Positions 20,764-35,875 are shown, counted from the first letter of the stretch. The stretch: 64,000 bases of DNA from Candidatus Entotheonellaceae bacterium (GCA_965238075.1 OZ250173.1:1152001-1216000), one strand, 5' to 3'. Notes: generated by a model from the sequence alone, not told the origin. A program made the numbers and translations.

Positions 20764-21540
20764 TTACGCTCCCAGGATGTGGTAGCCGCCGTCGACGAAA
20801 TGCACCGTGCCGGTCACGCCGCTGGCGAGATCGCTGCACAGGTAGAGGGCTGCCTTGCCCACTTCCTCGGCGGTGACGTTGCGGCGCAGGGGGGATTTTT
20901 CGGCGTGTTGCTTGAGCATGCCGGTAAAGCCGCTGATGGCTCGCGCCGAGGCGGTGCGCACCGGCCCTGCGGAAATGGCGTTGACGCGGATGCCCAGCGG
21001 CCCCAGGTCGCTCGCCAGGTAGCGCACGCTGTTCTCCAGGGCGGCCTTGGCCAGCGCCATGACGTTGTAGTTGGGCACCACCCGCTCGCTGGCCATGTAG
21101 GTGAGGGTGAGGATGCTGCTGTCGCCGGCCGGCATCAGCGGCGTCGCTCGCTGCGCCACACCGATCAGCGAGTAGGCGCTGATGTCCAGCGCGGTATGGA
21201 AGCCGCCACGCGAGATGTTGCGAAACGGCCCTTGCAACTCACTGCGGTCGGCGAAGGCAATGCAGTGAATCAGGTAGTTGAGGCTGCCGAACTCGTTCTT
21301 GAGGCGTTCGAACACCGCCTCGACCTGCGCGTCGTCGGTCAACTCGCATGCCAGCGGCAGCACGCCCGGCCAGTCGCCGGTAAGTTTCAGCACCTGGTCG
21401 GCAACCCGCTCGTTCTGGTACGTGACCGCCAGTCGCGCGCCATGCGCCTGCAGCAGCGATCCAATGGCATAGGCAATAGACCAGCGATTGGCAATGCCCA
21501 GCACCAGGGCTGTCTTGCCGCTCAGGTCGAGAACATTCAT
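20764..21540 (-). CDS. fabI: Enoyl-ACP reductase
   Basis: GIANRWSIA, YNVMALAKAALE, NAISAGP. Confidence 0.93.
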   Translation of the reverse strand: MNVLDLSGKTALVLGIANRWSIAYAIGSLLQAHGARLAVTYQNERVADQVLKLTGDWPGVLPLACELTDDAQVEAVFERLKNEFGSLNYLIHCIAFADRSELQGPFRNISRGGFHTALDISAYSLIGVAQRATPLMPAGDSSILTLTYMASERVVPNYNVMALAKAALENSVRYLASDLGPLGIRVNAISAGPVRTASARAISGFTGMLKQHAEKSPLRRNVTAEEVGKAALYLCSDLASGVTGTVHFVDGGYHILGA

Positions 21541-21724
21541 CGGGATTTTCCTTGCATGATGGATGGCGGAAAGCAGGTTATTGAAGTGACTATAGAGAGG
21601 AAGCCGCCGCGGGTCAACCGCCGCCGCGCCGCCGTGTATTTGGCCGGGATATCTGGTACACTGCAAGCGTCATTCGCCGGCAACAGCCGGCCCTTTCCGC
21701 CTGACAACAACCGGTAACGGACCC

Positions 21725-22450
21725 ATGCCAGCAAATCCGTACAACCAACCGATCAAGGACTGGCCGGAGGACGAACGCCCCCGCGAGCGCTTGCTGCAGT
21801 TCGGCGAGGCCAGCCTCTCCGAAGCCCAACTGCTGGCCATTGTGCTGCGCACCGGCGATCCTGCCAGCAAGGCCAACGCCGTTGACGTGGCACGCGGCCT
21901 GCTCGATTCGTTCAACAACGACCTCTCGGCCATCAGCAACGCCACGGTCGCCGAGTTGAGCCAGGCGCGGGGCATTGGGCCTGCCAAGGCGTGCGAGATC
22001 AAGGCCGCCTTCGAGCTCGGCCTGCGCCGGCTGCAAAAGCAAGGCGGCCCCTTTCAGCAGCAACAATTCCGCTGCAGCGAGGACGTGGCCAATTTCTACA
22101 TGCCCCGATTCGCCGACAAGAAGCGCGAGCAGTTTCAAGTCCTCATGCTCGACCGCAAGAACCGTTTCATGCGGGATGTGATGATCTCGCAGGGGTCGCT
22201 CGACGCCAGTGTGGTACACCCGCGCGAGGTGTTCAATACCGCCATCCGGGATTCCGCCGCCGCCATCATCTGCGTACATAACCATCCCAGCGGCGACCCG
22301 CAGCCCAGCCCGGAGGACCGCGCCCTGACTCGCCGCCTGCTCGACGCCGGCGAGACGATCGGCATTCCCGTGCTGGACCATATTATTGTCGGACGCAATT
22401 GTTACGTGAGTTTCAAAGATGAGGGGTGGCTGACGAGTGGATGCGGATAA
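21725..22450 (+). CDS. radC: RadC/JAB-domain protein
   Basis: ERPRERL, VHPREVF, HNHPSGD, LDHII. Confidence 0.93.
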   Translation: MPANPYNQPIKDWPEDERPRERLLQFGEASLSEAQLLAIVLRTGDPASKANAVDVARGLLDSFNNDLSAISNATVAELSQARGIGPAKACEIKAAFELGLRRLQKQGGPFQQQQFRCSEDVANFYMPRFADKKREQFQVLMLDRKNRFMRDVMISQGSLDASVVHPREVFNTAIRDSAAAIICVHNHPSGDPQPSPEDRALTRRLLDAGETIGIPVLDHIIVGRNCYVSFKDEGWLTSGCG

Positions 22451-23849
22451 GCTTCACGACGAATGTGCCATCGTCGGCGTATACGGCCCGACCGAGGCCG
22501 CCAAGCTGACCTATCTGGGGCTTTACGCGCTGCAGCATCGCGGGCAGGAAAGCACCGGCATCGTATCTTCGGACGGCGAGACCATGCATGCCGAAGTGGG
22601 CATGGGGCGCGTCAACGACGTGTTTACCGAAGACCGCTTGACGCGGCTGCCGGGACGCTTGGCGATTGGCCACAACCGGTACGCCACCACCGGCGTATCC
22701 AACCTGCGTAACGCCCAGCCGCTGTTCGTCGATTACGCCCGCGGCTCAGTGGCCATCGCCCACAACGGCAACCTCGTCAACGCCGCCCGCATGCGCACCA
22801 GCCTGGAGGCCGACGGTTCCATCTTCCGATCCACCAGCGACACCGAGGTCATCCTGCACCTCATGGCGCGCTCGCAGGCCGGGCACCTGTTGGATAGCGT
22901 CGTCGAGGCGCTGCAACAGGTCCAGGGCGCCTATTCGCTGCTGATCATGAACCCCCACGAAATCATCGCGGTGCGCGACCCGTACGGCTTCCGGCCTCTG
23001 TGCCTCGGACGGCTGCAGAGCGGCCATGTGGTGGCGTCGGAGACCTGCGCCCTCGACCTCATCGAGGCGACGTACGTACGCGACGTGCAGCCGGGCGAAC
23101 TGGTGCGTATCTCGCAGGACGGCGTGCAGTCCTACTTCCCCTTTCCCACCCGGCCGCCCCAGCATTGCGTGTTCGAGCTTATCTACTTTGCCCGCCCCGA
23201 CAGCCAGGTGTTCGGGCACAACGTCTACCTCACCCGCAAGGCGTTTGGCCGTCAACTGGCCCGCGAGGCGCCGGTCGACGCCGACGTGGTGATCCCGGTG
23301 CCCGATTCCGGCTTGCCCGCGGCGCTCGGTTACGCCGAGGAGGCGGGCCTCCCGTTCGATACCGGCCTCATCCGCAACCACTACGTGGGCCGCACGTTCA
23401 TCGAGCCGCAACAGGCCATCCGGAACTTTGGCGTCAAGATCAAGCTCAACACCATTCACGGCTTGCTGGAAGGCAAGCGCGTCGTCATTGTCGACGATTC
23501 GATCGTGCGCGGCACCACCAGCAAGAAGCTCGTGAGCATGCTCCGGCAGGCGGGCGCGAAGGAGGTGCACATGCGCATCAGCTCGCCGCCCATCACGCAT
23601 CCGTGTCTCTACGGCATCGACACGCCGACGCATGAGGAGTTGATCGCCTCAAGCTACTCGGTCGAGAATATCTGCAGCTATTTCCAGGCCGACAGCCTGG
23701 CCTATCTCAGTCATGAAGGCATGATGGAGGTGGCGCGCCAGCAGGAGAAGGGCTATTGCAGTGCCTGCTTCACGGGCCAGTATCCCGTGCACGTGCCGTG
23801 GCGGGACGACCTGCACCAGCTAGCTCTTTTCGACAAGCAGGGCTTCTGA
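22437..23849 (+). CDS. purF: Amidophosphoribosyltransferase
   Basis: [29 protein letters not shown]. Confidence 0.96.
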   Translation: MDADKLHDECAIVGVYGPTEAAKLTYLGLYALQHRGQESTGIVSSDGETMHAEVGMGRVNDVFTEDRLTRLPGRLAIGHNRYATTGVSNLRNAQPLFVDYARGSVAIAHNGNLVNAARMRTSLEADGSIFRSTSDTEVILHLMARSQAGHLLDSVVEALQQVQGAYSLLIMNPHEIIAVRDPYGFRPLCLGRLQSGHVVASETCALDLIEATYVRDVQPGELVRISQDGVQSYFPFPTRPPQHCVFELIYFARPDSQVFGHNVYLTRKAFGRQLAREAPVDADVVIPVPDSGLPAALGYAEEAGLPFDTGLIRNHYVGRTFIEPQQAIRNFGVKIKLNTIHGLLEGKRVVIVDDSIVRGTTSKKLVSMLRQAGAKEVHMRISSPPITHPCLYGIDTPTHEELIASSYSVENICSYFQADSLAYLSHEGMMEVARQQEKGYCSACFTGQYPVHVPWRDDLHQLALFDKQGF

Positions 23850-24227
23850 CGTTGCCTGTGGGTTGGAGGAGGCGGGAAGTTCCGGGACGGCAAGCTGGTC
23901 GGCGTGTCCCCACAAGCGTTCGAGGCCGTAAAATTCTCGCGTTTCGGGATCGAACACGTGTACGACCAGATCCACGTAATCGATCAAAATCCACGAGCCG
24001 GTTTGATACCCCTCCATGGCCCGCGGCACCTCTCCACTCTTGCGCAGTTGTTCATCCACCGCATCCGCGATGGCCTTGACCTGACGGTCGGACCGCCCTT
24101 GGCAGATGACAAAGCGGTCGGCGATGGACGAGTGCGGCGTCATGTCGAGCACCACGATATCGTCGGCCTGCCGGCTGTCGGCAGCCAAGGCGCAAATGCG
24201 GGTTCGTTCGTCCAACGATAGGTCCAT
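23820..24227 (-). CDS. rsfS: Ribosome silencing factor
   Basis: [24 protein letters not shown]. Confidence 0.92.
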   Translation of the reverse strand: MDLSLDERTRICALAADSRQADDIVVLDMTPHSSIADRFVICQGRSDRQVKAIADAVDEQLRKSGEVPRAMEGYQTGSWILIDYVDLVVHVFDPETREFYGLERLWGHADQLAVPELPASSNPQATSEALLVEKS

Positions 24228-24236
24228 GCCGTCTCC

Positions 24237-25343
24237 TTATAGCAGCACCAGATTGTCCCGGTGAATCACTTCGTCATACGCCTTGGTGCCCAGGATGGGC
24301 TCGATGCGCGAGGTATGCTGGCCGCGAATCGCCTGTAGCTCGGCGGCGCTGTAATTCACCAGCCCCTGGGCGAACCGGTGCGCGTTAGTGTCAATGCAAT
24401 AAACGGCGTCGCCGAAGAAGAAAGTCCCGGAAATGGCGACAATGCCCGACGGCAGCAGGCTACGGCCCTGGGTGGTGAGTGCCCGCTTGGCACCGTTGTC
24501 CACGCAAATCTCGCCGCGCGCCTTCAACGCGTAACCGATCCAGCGCTTACGGCTCGATAGGCGCGGCGTCTCCGGTGGCGTGATGTGGGTGCCGACGGCC
24601 TCCCCGGCCAGCACGCGCAGCACGCTGTCGGGCTCAAACCCGTTAGCGATGTGGGTATGAACGCCGGTGGCCCCGACCATCCTGGCGGCGCGGATCTTGG
24701 TGGCCATGCCGCCCTTGCCAGTGGCGTGCGTGGCGGGGCTGGCCAGAGCCTCAATGCTGTCGATGTCCTCGACACGCGGGATGAGCTTGGCCTCGGGGTG
24801 CAGCGAGGGGTCGGCGGTGTACAAGCCGTCGACGCTCGTCAGGATAATCAGGCGGTCGGCATCTACGAGGTTGCACACCATGGCGGCCAGCACGTCGTTG
24901 TCGCCGAAGCGGATTTCGTCCACCGACACGGTGTCGTTTTCGTTGATCACCGGCACAACGCCATACTGCAGCAACACGAGTAGCGTGTTACGGGCGTTGA
25001 GATAGCGCTTGCGCACGCGCAGGTCGTCGTGCGTCAGGAGCACCTGCGCAACCTTCTTGCCGAAATCGGCGAACAAGTCCTCGTATATGCGGATCAAATG
25101 GCCCTGGCCGATCGCCGCGGCTGCCTGCTGGTGGGTGATCGCTTTGGGAATACTCGCCTGACCCAGCACCTGGATGCCGAGCGCAATGGCCCCCGAGGAC
25201 ACCAGGATGACCTCGCGGCCTGCGTCGCGCAGGCTGACGATCTGCCTGACGATGTGCCGAGCCACGTCGTCCCGTAGCCCGCCGCCGGGGTCGCGCAGCA
25301 GGCCGCTGCCCACCTTCACCACCAGGCGCTCGCCGTTTGCCAT
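24237..25343 (-). CDS. proB: Glutamate 5-kinase with PUA domain
   Basis: VVKVGS, VSSGAI, NENDTV, FGDND, SLLPSG. Confidence 0.95.
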   Translation of the reverse strand: MANGERLVVKVGSGLLRDPGGGLRDDVARHIVRQIVSLRDAGREVILVSSGAIALGIQVLGQASIPKAITHQQAAAAIGQGHLIRIYEDLFADFGKKVAQVLLTHDDLRVRKRYLNARNTLLVLLQYGVVPVINENDTVSVDEIRFGDNDVLAAMVCNLVDADRLIILTSVDGLYTADPSLHPEAKLIPRVEDIDSIEALASPATHATGKGGMATKIRAARMVGATGVHTHIANGFEPDSVLRVLAGEAVGTHITPPETPRLSSRKRWIGYALKARGEICVDNGAKRALTTQGRSLLPSGIVAISGTFFFGDAVYCIDTNAHRFAQGLVNYSAAELQAIRGQHTSRIEPILGTKAYDEVIHRDNLVLL

Positions 25344-25369
25344 GGGGTGTTTTTCTCCTCAGCCTTGTT

Positions 25370-26371
25370 TCACGCCGCCTTCAGTTGGAGCGCCAGCCGC
25401 TGCACCAGCGTGTCCAGGCCGGCGCCGGTGACCGCCGAAATCGGCACCACCTCCAGACCCTGGGCGGCGAACAGACATTGCATCTCCGGCAGGCGCTGCT
25501 GCGCCTCCGGCAGGTCCATCTTTGATGCCACCACGATCTGCGGGCGCTGTGCCAAGTCCGGTCTGAAGCAGGCCAGTTCGTGATTGATCGCCGTGAAATC
25601 CTCCCACGGCGTTCTGCCGTCCTCCTGAGCGCCCAGGTCCAGCAGGTGCACCAGCACGCGGGTGCGGTCGATGTGTCTGAGAAATTCGAGGCCCAGCCCC
25701 TTGCCCTTGTGGGCGTCGGGCACCAGGCCGGGGATGTCCGCCATCACGCACGACGCATAGTCGGGCAGGGCCACCACGCCGAGATTAGGCGTCAGGGTGG
25801 TAAACGGGTAGGGGGCGATTTTGGGGGTGGCGGCCGACAGGCGGGAGATCAGGGTGGATTTGCCGGCGTTGGGAAAGCCGAGCAGCCCGACGTCGGCCAG
25901 CAATTTCAGCTCGAGAAGCAGCCAGCGCTCCTCGCCCAAGGCGCCGTCGGTGACTTGCCGCGGCGCCCGGTTCTTTGAGCTGGCAAAAGTGGCGTTGCCG
26001 CGTCCGCCTCTGCCGCCGCGCGCCGCGATGAAGCGCTCGCCCTGCGACTGGAAGTCCCACAGCACTGCCTCACTTTCCGCATCGCGGCAGATCGTGCCGA
26101 GGGGGACCCGTATGACGCAGTCGTCGCCACGCCGGCCGTGCATGTCCTTGCCCTTGCCGTGCCGGCCCCGTTCCGCAATGTTGTAGGTTCGGTATCGCAA
26201 ATCCAGGAGGGTGTGCAGCGCCGCGTCGCCCTGCATGATGACGTGACCGCCGTTGCCGCCGCTGCCGCCGTCCGGCCCGCCGCGCGGCACGAACTTCTCG
26301 CGGCGGAAGCTCATGCAGCCGTTCCCACCCTTGCCGCCGCGCGCGAATATTTTGGCTTCGTCAACGAACAT
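25370..26371 (-). CDS. obgE: GTPase Obg
   Basis: MFVDEAKI, GPDGG, GFPNAGKST, YPFTT, DIPG. Confidence 0.96.
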   Translation of the reverse strand: MFVDEAKIFARGGKGGNGCMSFRREKFVPRGGPDGGSGGNGGHVIMQGDAALHTLLDLRYRTYNIAERGRHGKGKDMHGRRGDDCVIRVPLGTICRDAESEAVLWDFQSQGERFIAARGGRGGRGNATFASSKNRAPRQVTDGALGEERWLLLELKLLADVGLLGFPNAGKSTLISRLSAATPKIAPYPFTTLTPNLGVVALPDYASCVMADIPGLVPDAHKGKGLGLEFLRHIDRTRVLVHLLDLGAQEDGRTPWEDFTAINHELACFRPDLAQRPQIVVASKMDLPEAQQRLPEMQCLFAAQGLEVVPISAVTGAGLDTLVQRLALQLKAA

Positions 26372-26475
26372 GAACCGTCGGCATCCTCATCTTGCAAGAG
26401 GCTTGCAGAAGGGCACCTGCCGGGCCGGGAGGCGCCAGCCGGAGCGACTGGCTGCTGAGGGGGTTGAAGGGGAAG

Positions 26476-26733
26476 CTAAGATGCCGCCTGCACGTGGATG
26501 CGGCGGTTTTTCTTGCCTTGGTTGGTGAACTCGACGACGCCGTTGATCTTGGCGAAAAGGGTGTAATCGCTACCCTCGCCGACGTTGACACCGGGCTTGA
26601 AGGTGCTGCCGCGCTGTCTCACCAGGATGCTGCCGGCCGTCACCGTCTGGCCGGCGAAACGCTTGACGCCCAGCCGTTTGCCGATGCTGTCGCGCCCGTT
26701 CGTCGTACTGCCCTGCCCTTTCTTGTGTGCCAT
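26476..26733 (-). CDS. rpmA: 50S ribosomal protein L27
   Basis: [16 protein letters not shown]. Confidence 0.97.
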   Translation of the reverse strand: MAHKKGQGSTTNGRDSIGKRLGVKRFAGQTVTAGSILVRQRGSTFKPGVNVGEGSDYTLFAKINGVVEFTNQGKKNRRIHVQAAS

Positions 26734-26756
26734 GATTGCGGCTCCTCTGTCAGCGC

Positions 26757-27197
26757 CTACTCCGCCGGGGTTTCGGATGGTGTTTCCTCGGCGGTTGCGG
26801 CAGCTTCTGCCACCACAGGGGGTTCGCTCTGCGACGGCTCCGGAGCAGCGACCGCCTCAGCCTGCGCCTCGTCTTGCGCCGCCGTGGGATGAATGCCGGT
26901 AATCTTCAGGGCGGTCAGGCTCTGCCGGTGGCCCTGTTTGCGACGGTAACCTTTGCGGCGCTTATGCTTGAAGATGATGATTTTCTTGCCTCGCTTCTGG
27001 GCAACGATCTGCGCCTCGACCCACGCGTCGTCCAGCCTCGGGGTGCCGATCGACACGGCCTGCTCCTCGCCGCCAATCATCATGACGTGGTCCAAAGCAA
27101 TCGTCTGACCAACCTCGCCGGCGAGCTTTTCCACCTCGATCCTGTCGCCCGGGCTAACCCGATATTGCTTGCCACCTGTTGCGACGACTGCGTACAT
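26757..27197 (-). CDS. rplU: 50S ribosomal protein L21 with acidic Ala/Pro-rich tail
   Basis: [20 protein letters not shown]. Confidence 0.96.
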   Translation of the reverse strand: MYAVVATGGKQYRVSPGDRIEVEKLAGEVGQTIALDHVMMIGGEEQAVSIGTPRLDDAWVEAQIVAQKRGKKIIIFKHKRRKGYRRKQGHRQSLTALKITGIHPTAAQDEAQAEAVAAPEPSQSEPPVVAEAAATAEETPSETPAE

Positions 27198-27396
27198 AAC
27201 GTCCATCCTCATGCTCAAAATGCTCAAAATGCCCTGCCAAACTCGTTTTGGTCTACTTTTCCCATGACAACATGAGGCCCGAACGGGTCTGTTACGTCAC
27301 CAACGCGCCGTCCCCAGGCTGTCAAAGGCCCCGAATGATATCGGAGGGTCATGCCCATGTCAATTCAGCCACATGAAGTCTACAGGCGGCGCCAGT

Positions 27397-27846
27397 CTAT
27401 TCAACAATGAAGTAAATACTGCACAGTACCCGGTCGGCGTCCCCTATTTCCACGACGTCGACCTTCCACATCCCTTGGTGCATGGACGCCCAGGGCGAGA
27501 TGGACTTGGCGCTCCACGTCCGATAGCCGTCAGCCGGGTCAACCGACAGCACCACATTGGCTGCCACTGTGAATCCTTCTTCCGTCTCCGTGTAATAGCG
27601 GTGATGGATTTCGCGGGCTTGAGAGGCGGCGATCTTAGTCCACACGTAAACAGCGTGGTATGCCTGGGAATCGACGACGGGGACACCGTAAGCCGGCGGC
27701 GTGCTCGTCCGACACTGCGCTGCCGGTGTAAACGCCCCGACAGGTTCCCGCTCGCTGACACTGGCCGCCAACGCCACATCGACCACTTCCGCCGCACCCG
27801 CGACGTTGATCCACAACAAAGCCCCCAGCAGTATGAGAATTGTCAT
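27397..27846 (-). CDS. Secreted protein, DUF2914-like
   Basis: RBS aaggag; signal peptide; EREPVG, YRTWSAK, GMWKVDV. Confidence 0.7.
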   Translation of the reverse strand: MTILILLGALLWINVAGAAEVVDVALAASVSEREPVGAFTPAAQCRTSTPPAYGVPVVDSQAYHAVYVWTKIAASQAREIHHRYYTETEEGFTVAANVVLSVDPADGYRTWSAKSISPWASMHQGMWKVDVVEIGDADRVLCSIYFIVE

Positions 27847-28152
27847 CTCGTGTTCTCCTTTGGAGACATCCCGGTTAAATACCTTGTTCGTCACGTCAAG
27901 ATTCCGCATAGCCAGGCGACTCGTGTGATAGTATGAACCACCTGATGCAAAAATTGCGCAAGAATAGCACGAGCAGCCGGAGTTGACCGCCCAAACACAA
28001 CCTGACGATGCCGAGCGCTCGCCGGAAGCTATGTTAAGACACGCGGCTGACAGTGTTTCCCCCGTTGTTCCGGGAAGCGGCAAACGATAAGGTTCCGACG
28101 CCGGTCCGCCCCTCGGCAGACCGGTCGGCCCCTCGACAGAAAGGTAGTCAGG

Positions 28153-28785
28153 ATGCGGCATTTTGGATGGCTGATCGCCGCGTTGCTCGCATGCCATCCG
28201 GCCGCCGACGCGTTGCACGCCGCCATCCTGGCGGTAGACGGACCGCCGAGCTCGCGGGGCGAAGCCGCGGCAATCATTGCGGCACCCGCATCGGTGCACG
28301 ACGATGCGTTTTTTGCCGATGCCATGCGGGGCTTCGACGAGCGGCAGGGCGTGGTGCTGCGGAAGCGTCTACTGGTGGACGGCGGCGCCATCACGGTGGG
28401 CACGGCGGTGGACAGCCATCTGATATTTCTGAGCCCGTATCCAGATCACCCCACGCGCCACGTGGCGGTGTCGTGGCGTTTCAGCGGGCCGGTGCTGGGC
28501 GTCATGTCCGACACCCACTGCGAGCTGCAAATGCAGTCAGACGCGCTACTGGGCAATCCCGGCACGCGCTATCCGGGCCGCTCGGCCTTCCGAGGCATGG
28601 AGCGCCGTCTGGGGGATTATTACCGCATCGTTGCCGAGACCATCACGGTCACCATGACCGTACCCCAGCTTGGCGACTGGATTCGCGTTATCACGGCGGC
28701 CGGCTACCCCGCCGCATACTCGGGAAAGGATGACTATGGACTTTACGGTACGGAAGCTGACACCCAACGTCGGCGCGGAAATTAG
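28153..28785 (+). CDS. Hypothetical secreted protein
   Basis: 210-aa ORF with signal-peptide-like start; no recognised motif; overlaps next gene by about 50 nt. Confidence 0.45.
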   Translation: MRHFGWLIAALLACHPAADALHAAILAVDGPPSSRGEAAAIIAAPASVHDDAFFADAMRGFDERQGVVLRKRLLVDGGAITVGTAVDSHLIFLSPYPDHPTRHVAVSWRFSGPVLGVMSDTHCELQMQSDALLGNPGTRYPGRSAFRGMERRLGDYYRIVAETITVTMTVPQLGDWIRVITAAGYPAAYSGKDDYGLYGTEADTQRRRGN

Positions 28786-29596
28786 CGGCCTCGATCTTCG
28801 GCAGACGCTTGAACCGGCCACCATGGCCGAGGTGCGCAAGGTATGGCTCGACAACGTGGTGGTGGTGTTTCCCGAGCAGCCGATCGACGACGATCAGCAG
28901 ATTGCCTTCAGTCGCCAAGTGGGGGAACTGGAGCTCATCAACATGTCCGCCCTGCAAATGCCCGGCAAGCCGGAGATTTACACGGCCACCAACCTGGACG
29001 AGAATGACGAGTTCATGCCTGCTGATCACCCCGTCATGCAGGTGAACCACGACAACCGCAATTGGCACTCCGACAGCTCGTTCAAGCCCGTTCCCGCCAT
29101 GGCCTCGCTGTTGCACGCCCGCATTGTGCCGCCGGTAGGCGGCGACACGGCGTACGCCAACATGGCCGCCGCCTACGAGGCGCTGTCGGACGACATGAAG
29201 GCGAAGCTCGAAGGTCTGGTGGCGCTGCACAACTTCTACTGGTCACGGCGCAACGTGAAGGTGACGGCGTTCACGCGGAAGGAAACCAACGCGCTGCCGC
29301 CGGTGCGGCATCCGGTGGTGCGGCGGCACCCGGAAACCGGGCGCCGAGCCCTGTACGTGGGCTCGCATACCGAATCCATCGAGGGGATGGAGTGGGACGA
29401 GGGGCGGGCTTTGATCGACAGCCTCATCGAACACGCGACGCAGCCCGAATTTGTGTATCAGCACGCCTGGCGGGTCGGCGACCTGGTGTGGTGGGACAAC
29501 CGCGCCGCCTTGCATTGCGGCATGGCGTTCGACATCGCCCGGCACAAACGGCGGCTGCATCGCACAACAGTCGCCGGTACCGGGCCGACTCTGTAG
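28736..29596 (+). CDS. TauD/TfdA family Fe(II)/2-oxoglutarate dioxygenase
   Basis: GAEISGLDL, WHSDSSF, HPVVRRHP, WDNRAALH. Confidence 0.93.
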   Translation: MDFTVRKLTPNVGAEISGLDLRQTLEPATMAEVRKVWLDNVVVVFPEQPIDDDQQIAFSRQVGELELINMSALQMPGKPEIYTATNLDENDEFMPADHPVMQVNHDNRNWHSDSSFKPVPAMASLLHARIVPPVGGDTAYANMAAAYEALSDDMKAKLEGLVALHNFYWSRRNVKVTAFTRKETNALPPVRHPVVRRHPETGRRALYVGSHTESIEGMEWDEGRALIDSLIEHATQPEFVYQHAWRVGDLVWWDNRAALHCGMAFDIARHKRRLHRTTVAGTGPTL

Positions 29597-30331
29597 CTAC
29601 GCCGGTGTGTGTTGCCCGAGGAAGCCCTCGACGGCCTGCATGGCCGCGGCGTGGTGCTCGGGCTCCTTCCACTTCTCCACGTAGATGGAGTTGGGCGCCA
29701 GCGCGTGCACGTCTTTGGACGAAATCTGGGGGTGATGCAGATCGCTCCCCGGCATCACCAGGAGCGGCGTCTGGCAGGCGCTCACGAAATCCCGCGAGGC
29801 GTTGAAGAGGAAATCCCCGCTGTACATGGACGTCTTGAACGATTCCCAGGCCGCCTCGCTCACCTCCGGACGACTCGGCTTCAGGTCGTTCGCCCAGCTA
29901 TCGAACATGTCGAAGAAGGCTTGGCGGTTGTTGTCCAGACCAATGGTCTGAAACAGCACGGCCGACGCCACCCGCTGCGGTGCTTCCCGGATCAATCCCA
30001 TGATGTAGGGCCCGCCGATGCACATGCCGATGACGTGAAAACGCTCGGCGCCCAGGTGGTCGAGCAGGGCGAGTTGGTCCTGCGTATACACGTGCCAGCT
30101 ATCGTCGGCACTGACCGGGGCCACCGAGTTGCCGGCGTTGCGCTGGTCCATGGCAATGACCCGGTAATTCGGCGACAGATGCGTGATCGGGTTCCACGGC
30201 GTCGTTTCCCAATACGACACCGCCGACCGCATACCGCCGGGGGCAATCAGCAGCACCGGGAAGCCGGCGCCATGGATTTCGTAATAAAGCTTGATAGCGT
30301 CACGTTCAAATATCGGCATTTCCATCTCCAT
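29597..30331 (-). CDS. Alpha/beta hydrolase fold protein
   Basis: MDQRNAG; nucleophile elbow GMCIGG. Confidence 0.85.
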   Translation of the reverse strand: MEMEMPIFERDAIKLYYEIHGAGFPVLLIAPGGMRSAVSYWETTPWNPITHLSPNYRVIAMDQRNAGNSVAPVSADDSWHVYTQDQLALLDHLGAERFHVIGMCIGGPYIMGLIREAPQRVASAVLFQTIGLDNNRQAFFDMFDSWANDLKPSRPEVSEAAWESFKTSMYSGDFLFNASRDFVSACQTPLLVMPGSDLHHPQISSKDVHALAPNSIYVEKWKEPEHHAAAMQAVEGFLGQHTPA

Positions 30332-30410
30332 AAATGGCGATAACGTAAGCGCGGGCCGTCAGTCAGTAGGTCGGATTGGGCAGCGTCATCCCACATTTCC
30401 GCTCGCGCTG

Positions 30411-30842
30411 TCAAGCGCGCTCCAGAACGACGACCGGAATCTCCCGCTCGGTTTTGGTCTGATACTCATTGTAAGGCGGCCAGATTTCAGCCATTTGGTC
30501 CCACAGGGCGGCGCGTTCGTCACCTGAAGCGGTTCGGGCACGAGCCGCGAAGCGCTCGGCGCCTACCTGCACTTGCACGGTCGGCTCGGCGACGAGGTTG
30601 ACGTACCAGCCGGGATGCTGCGGGTTACCGCCCTTCGAGGCCACGACCACATAATGACCGTCGTGGGTGCCGTATATCAGCGGCAGCATCAGCGACCTGC
30701 CGGATCGGCGCCCGGTGGTGGTCAGCAGCAGTGTCGGCACGCCCCGCCACACGTGCCCTTCTTCGCCATCGGTGGCGAGATACGTCTGCATGTGTTCGAC
30801 CATCCAGTCAGCAAGTTGTCGCGGCTGGTTCTCTTCGCTCAT
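30411..30842 (-). CDS. Deazaflavin (F420)-dependent nitroreductase family protein
   Basis: LLTTTGRRSG, VASKGG, HPGWYVNL, REIPVVVL. Confidence 0.92.
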   Translation of the reverse strand: MSEENQPRQLADWMVEHMQTYLATDGEEGHVWRGVPTLLLTTTGRRSGRSLMLPLIYGTHDGHYVVVASKGGNPQHPGWYVNLVAEPTVQVQVGAERFAARARTASGDERAALWDQMAEIWPPYNEYQTKTEREIPVVVLERA

Positions 30843-31059
30843 AACCCATTTCCCCCTTTCACGTCGGATGAATGGCGGCCGTGCACCGCCGCTGAATGAA
30901 GGGCACAGCATATGCACATCAGGGGGCCATTTCAAGCGCCCCGGGGCTGGTTGACCGGCTCGCGGGACAAACGGTAGCATGCGGCGACATTCGGAGCCGT
31001 GCGACCACGGAAGGGACAGAGCAAGCAGGAGTCAAAACATCGGGAAAGGGGGTCGCAAG

Positions 31060-32184
31060 TTGCATGTCGTCGTTGTTGGAGCGGGAATTCTGGGCGCCTC
31101 GATCGCTTATCACCTCACCCTGCACGGCGCGCAGGTGACCATTGTTGACGCCGGCCAGCCCGGCGGGGGGGCGACGCGCGTGGCGTTCGCGTGGCTGAAC
31201 GCGTACGGCAAGACGCCGTTTTCGTACCACGATCTCAACCGCCGGTCGATCGACATGTGGGCCGGTTTCGCGCGCCGTTTGGGCATCGACGTGACCTGGG
31301 GCGGCGAGTTGCGCTGGGCGGTGACGGATATCGGTGCGGCGGCGTTGGCCACACAGGCGGAGGCGCTGCAAGCGTGGGGCTATCCGACGCGCATTCTGGA
31401 CGCCGACGAGGTGCGGCAATTGGAACCGGATTTGCAATTCGATGCGTTCACCGCGGCCTCGTACACCTACAGCGACGGGCACGTCGATACCGCCGCGGTG
31501 ATGCGGGCGTGCCTCGCGGCGGCGCGCGAGCGAGGCGCCGTGTTGCGGGCAGGGTCGGCGGTGACGGGTGTGGAGATCGGCCGTAGCCGGGCGGGCGCGT
31601 CTCGGGCCGAAGCGGTGCGGATCGGCGACGACGTGGTGCCCTGCGACGTCGTCGCGCTGGTCGGCGGGGCGGACATGCCGGCGCTGGCGGAAATGGCCGG
31701 GATACAGGTGCCGCACTACCACACGTTCGGGGCCACGCTGCTGACGCAGCCCCTGCCGCCGCTGTTCAAGACCATCGCCCTGCTGCACTCGCCACGCGAA
31801 CGGCAGCCCCTGATCAACGTGCGCCAGTTGCCCAACGGGGCGGTCATGATACAAAGCGGCGCGCCGGACAATACCCAGGAGGGCGACCGCGGCGCCACGG
31901 ACGCGGAGGCGGCGCAGATCGCCGTGGATGCAGGGACCGTGCTGCCGATGCTGCGGGACATCGAGATCGCCGAGGTTCGGCGGGGCCGACGCCCGATTCC
32001 GCAGGACGGCAGGTCCATCGTCGGATTCGCGCCGGAGGTGGCCAACGTGTACGTGGCCACCACCCACAGCGGGGTGACGCTAACGCCGTTGATCGGCGCC
32101 TTCGCAGCGATTGAAATCGTGCACGGGGCGCGGGTGGAGGTGCTGGCGCCGTTTCGGCCGGAGCGATTCGGAAGCCCGGTGTGA
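31060..32184 (+). CDS. FAD-dependent oxidoreductase (DAO/DadA family)
   Basis: VVGAGILGASIA, RPIPQDG, THSGVTL; TTG start inferred. Confidence 0.88.
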   Translation: MHVVVVGAGILGASIAYHLTLHGAQVTIVDAGQPGGGATRVAFAWLNAYGKTPFSYHDLNRRSIDMWAGFARRLGIDVTWGGELRWAVTDIGAAALATQAEALQAWGYPTRILDADEVRQLEPDLQFDAFTAASYTYSDGHVDTAAVMRACLAAARERGAVLRAGSAVTGVEIGRSRAGASRAEAVRIGDDVVPCDVVALVGGADMPALAEMAGIQVPHYHTFGATLLTQPLPPLFKTIALLHSPRERQPLINVRQLPNGAVMIQSGAPDNTQEGDRGATDAEAAQIAVDAGTVLPMLRDIEIAEVRRGRRPIPQDGRSIVGFAPEVANVYVATTHSGVTLTPLIGAFAAIEIVHGARVEVLAPFRPERFGSPV

Positions 32185-32275
32185 CGGGCCGTCTGGACCT
32201 GATAGCCTGAGACGCTTATACTGGCGTCCCTTTTTTGCAGCCTCCCCCCACGCCCCAAACGGAGAACCCGACCCC

Positions 32276-35875
<3,600 letters not shown>

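Noticed and set aside
19786-21717. Long antisense or alternate-frame ORFs (643 aa here, 795 aa at 37801-40188, and others)
   Set aside because: Shadows of real genes caused by high-GC codon bias
27230-27370. Ribosomal protein leader RNA upstream of rplU
   Set aside because: No structure or motif could be supported by eye
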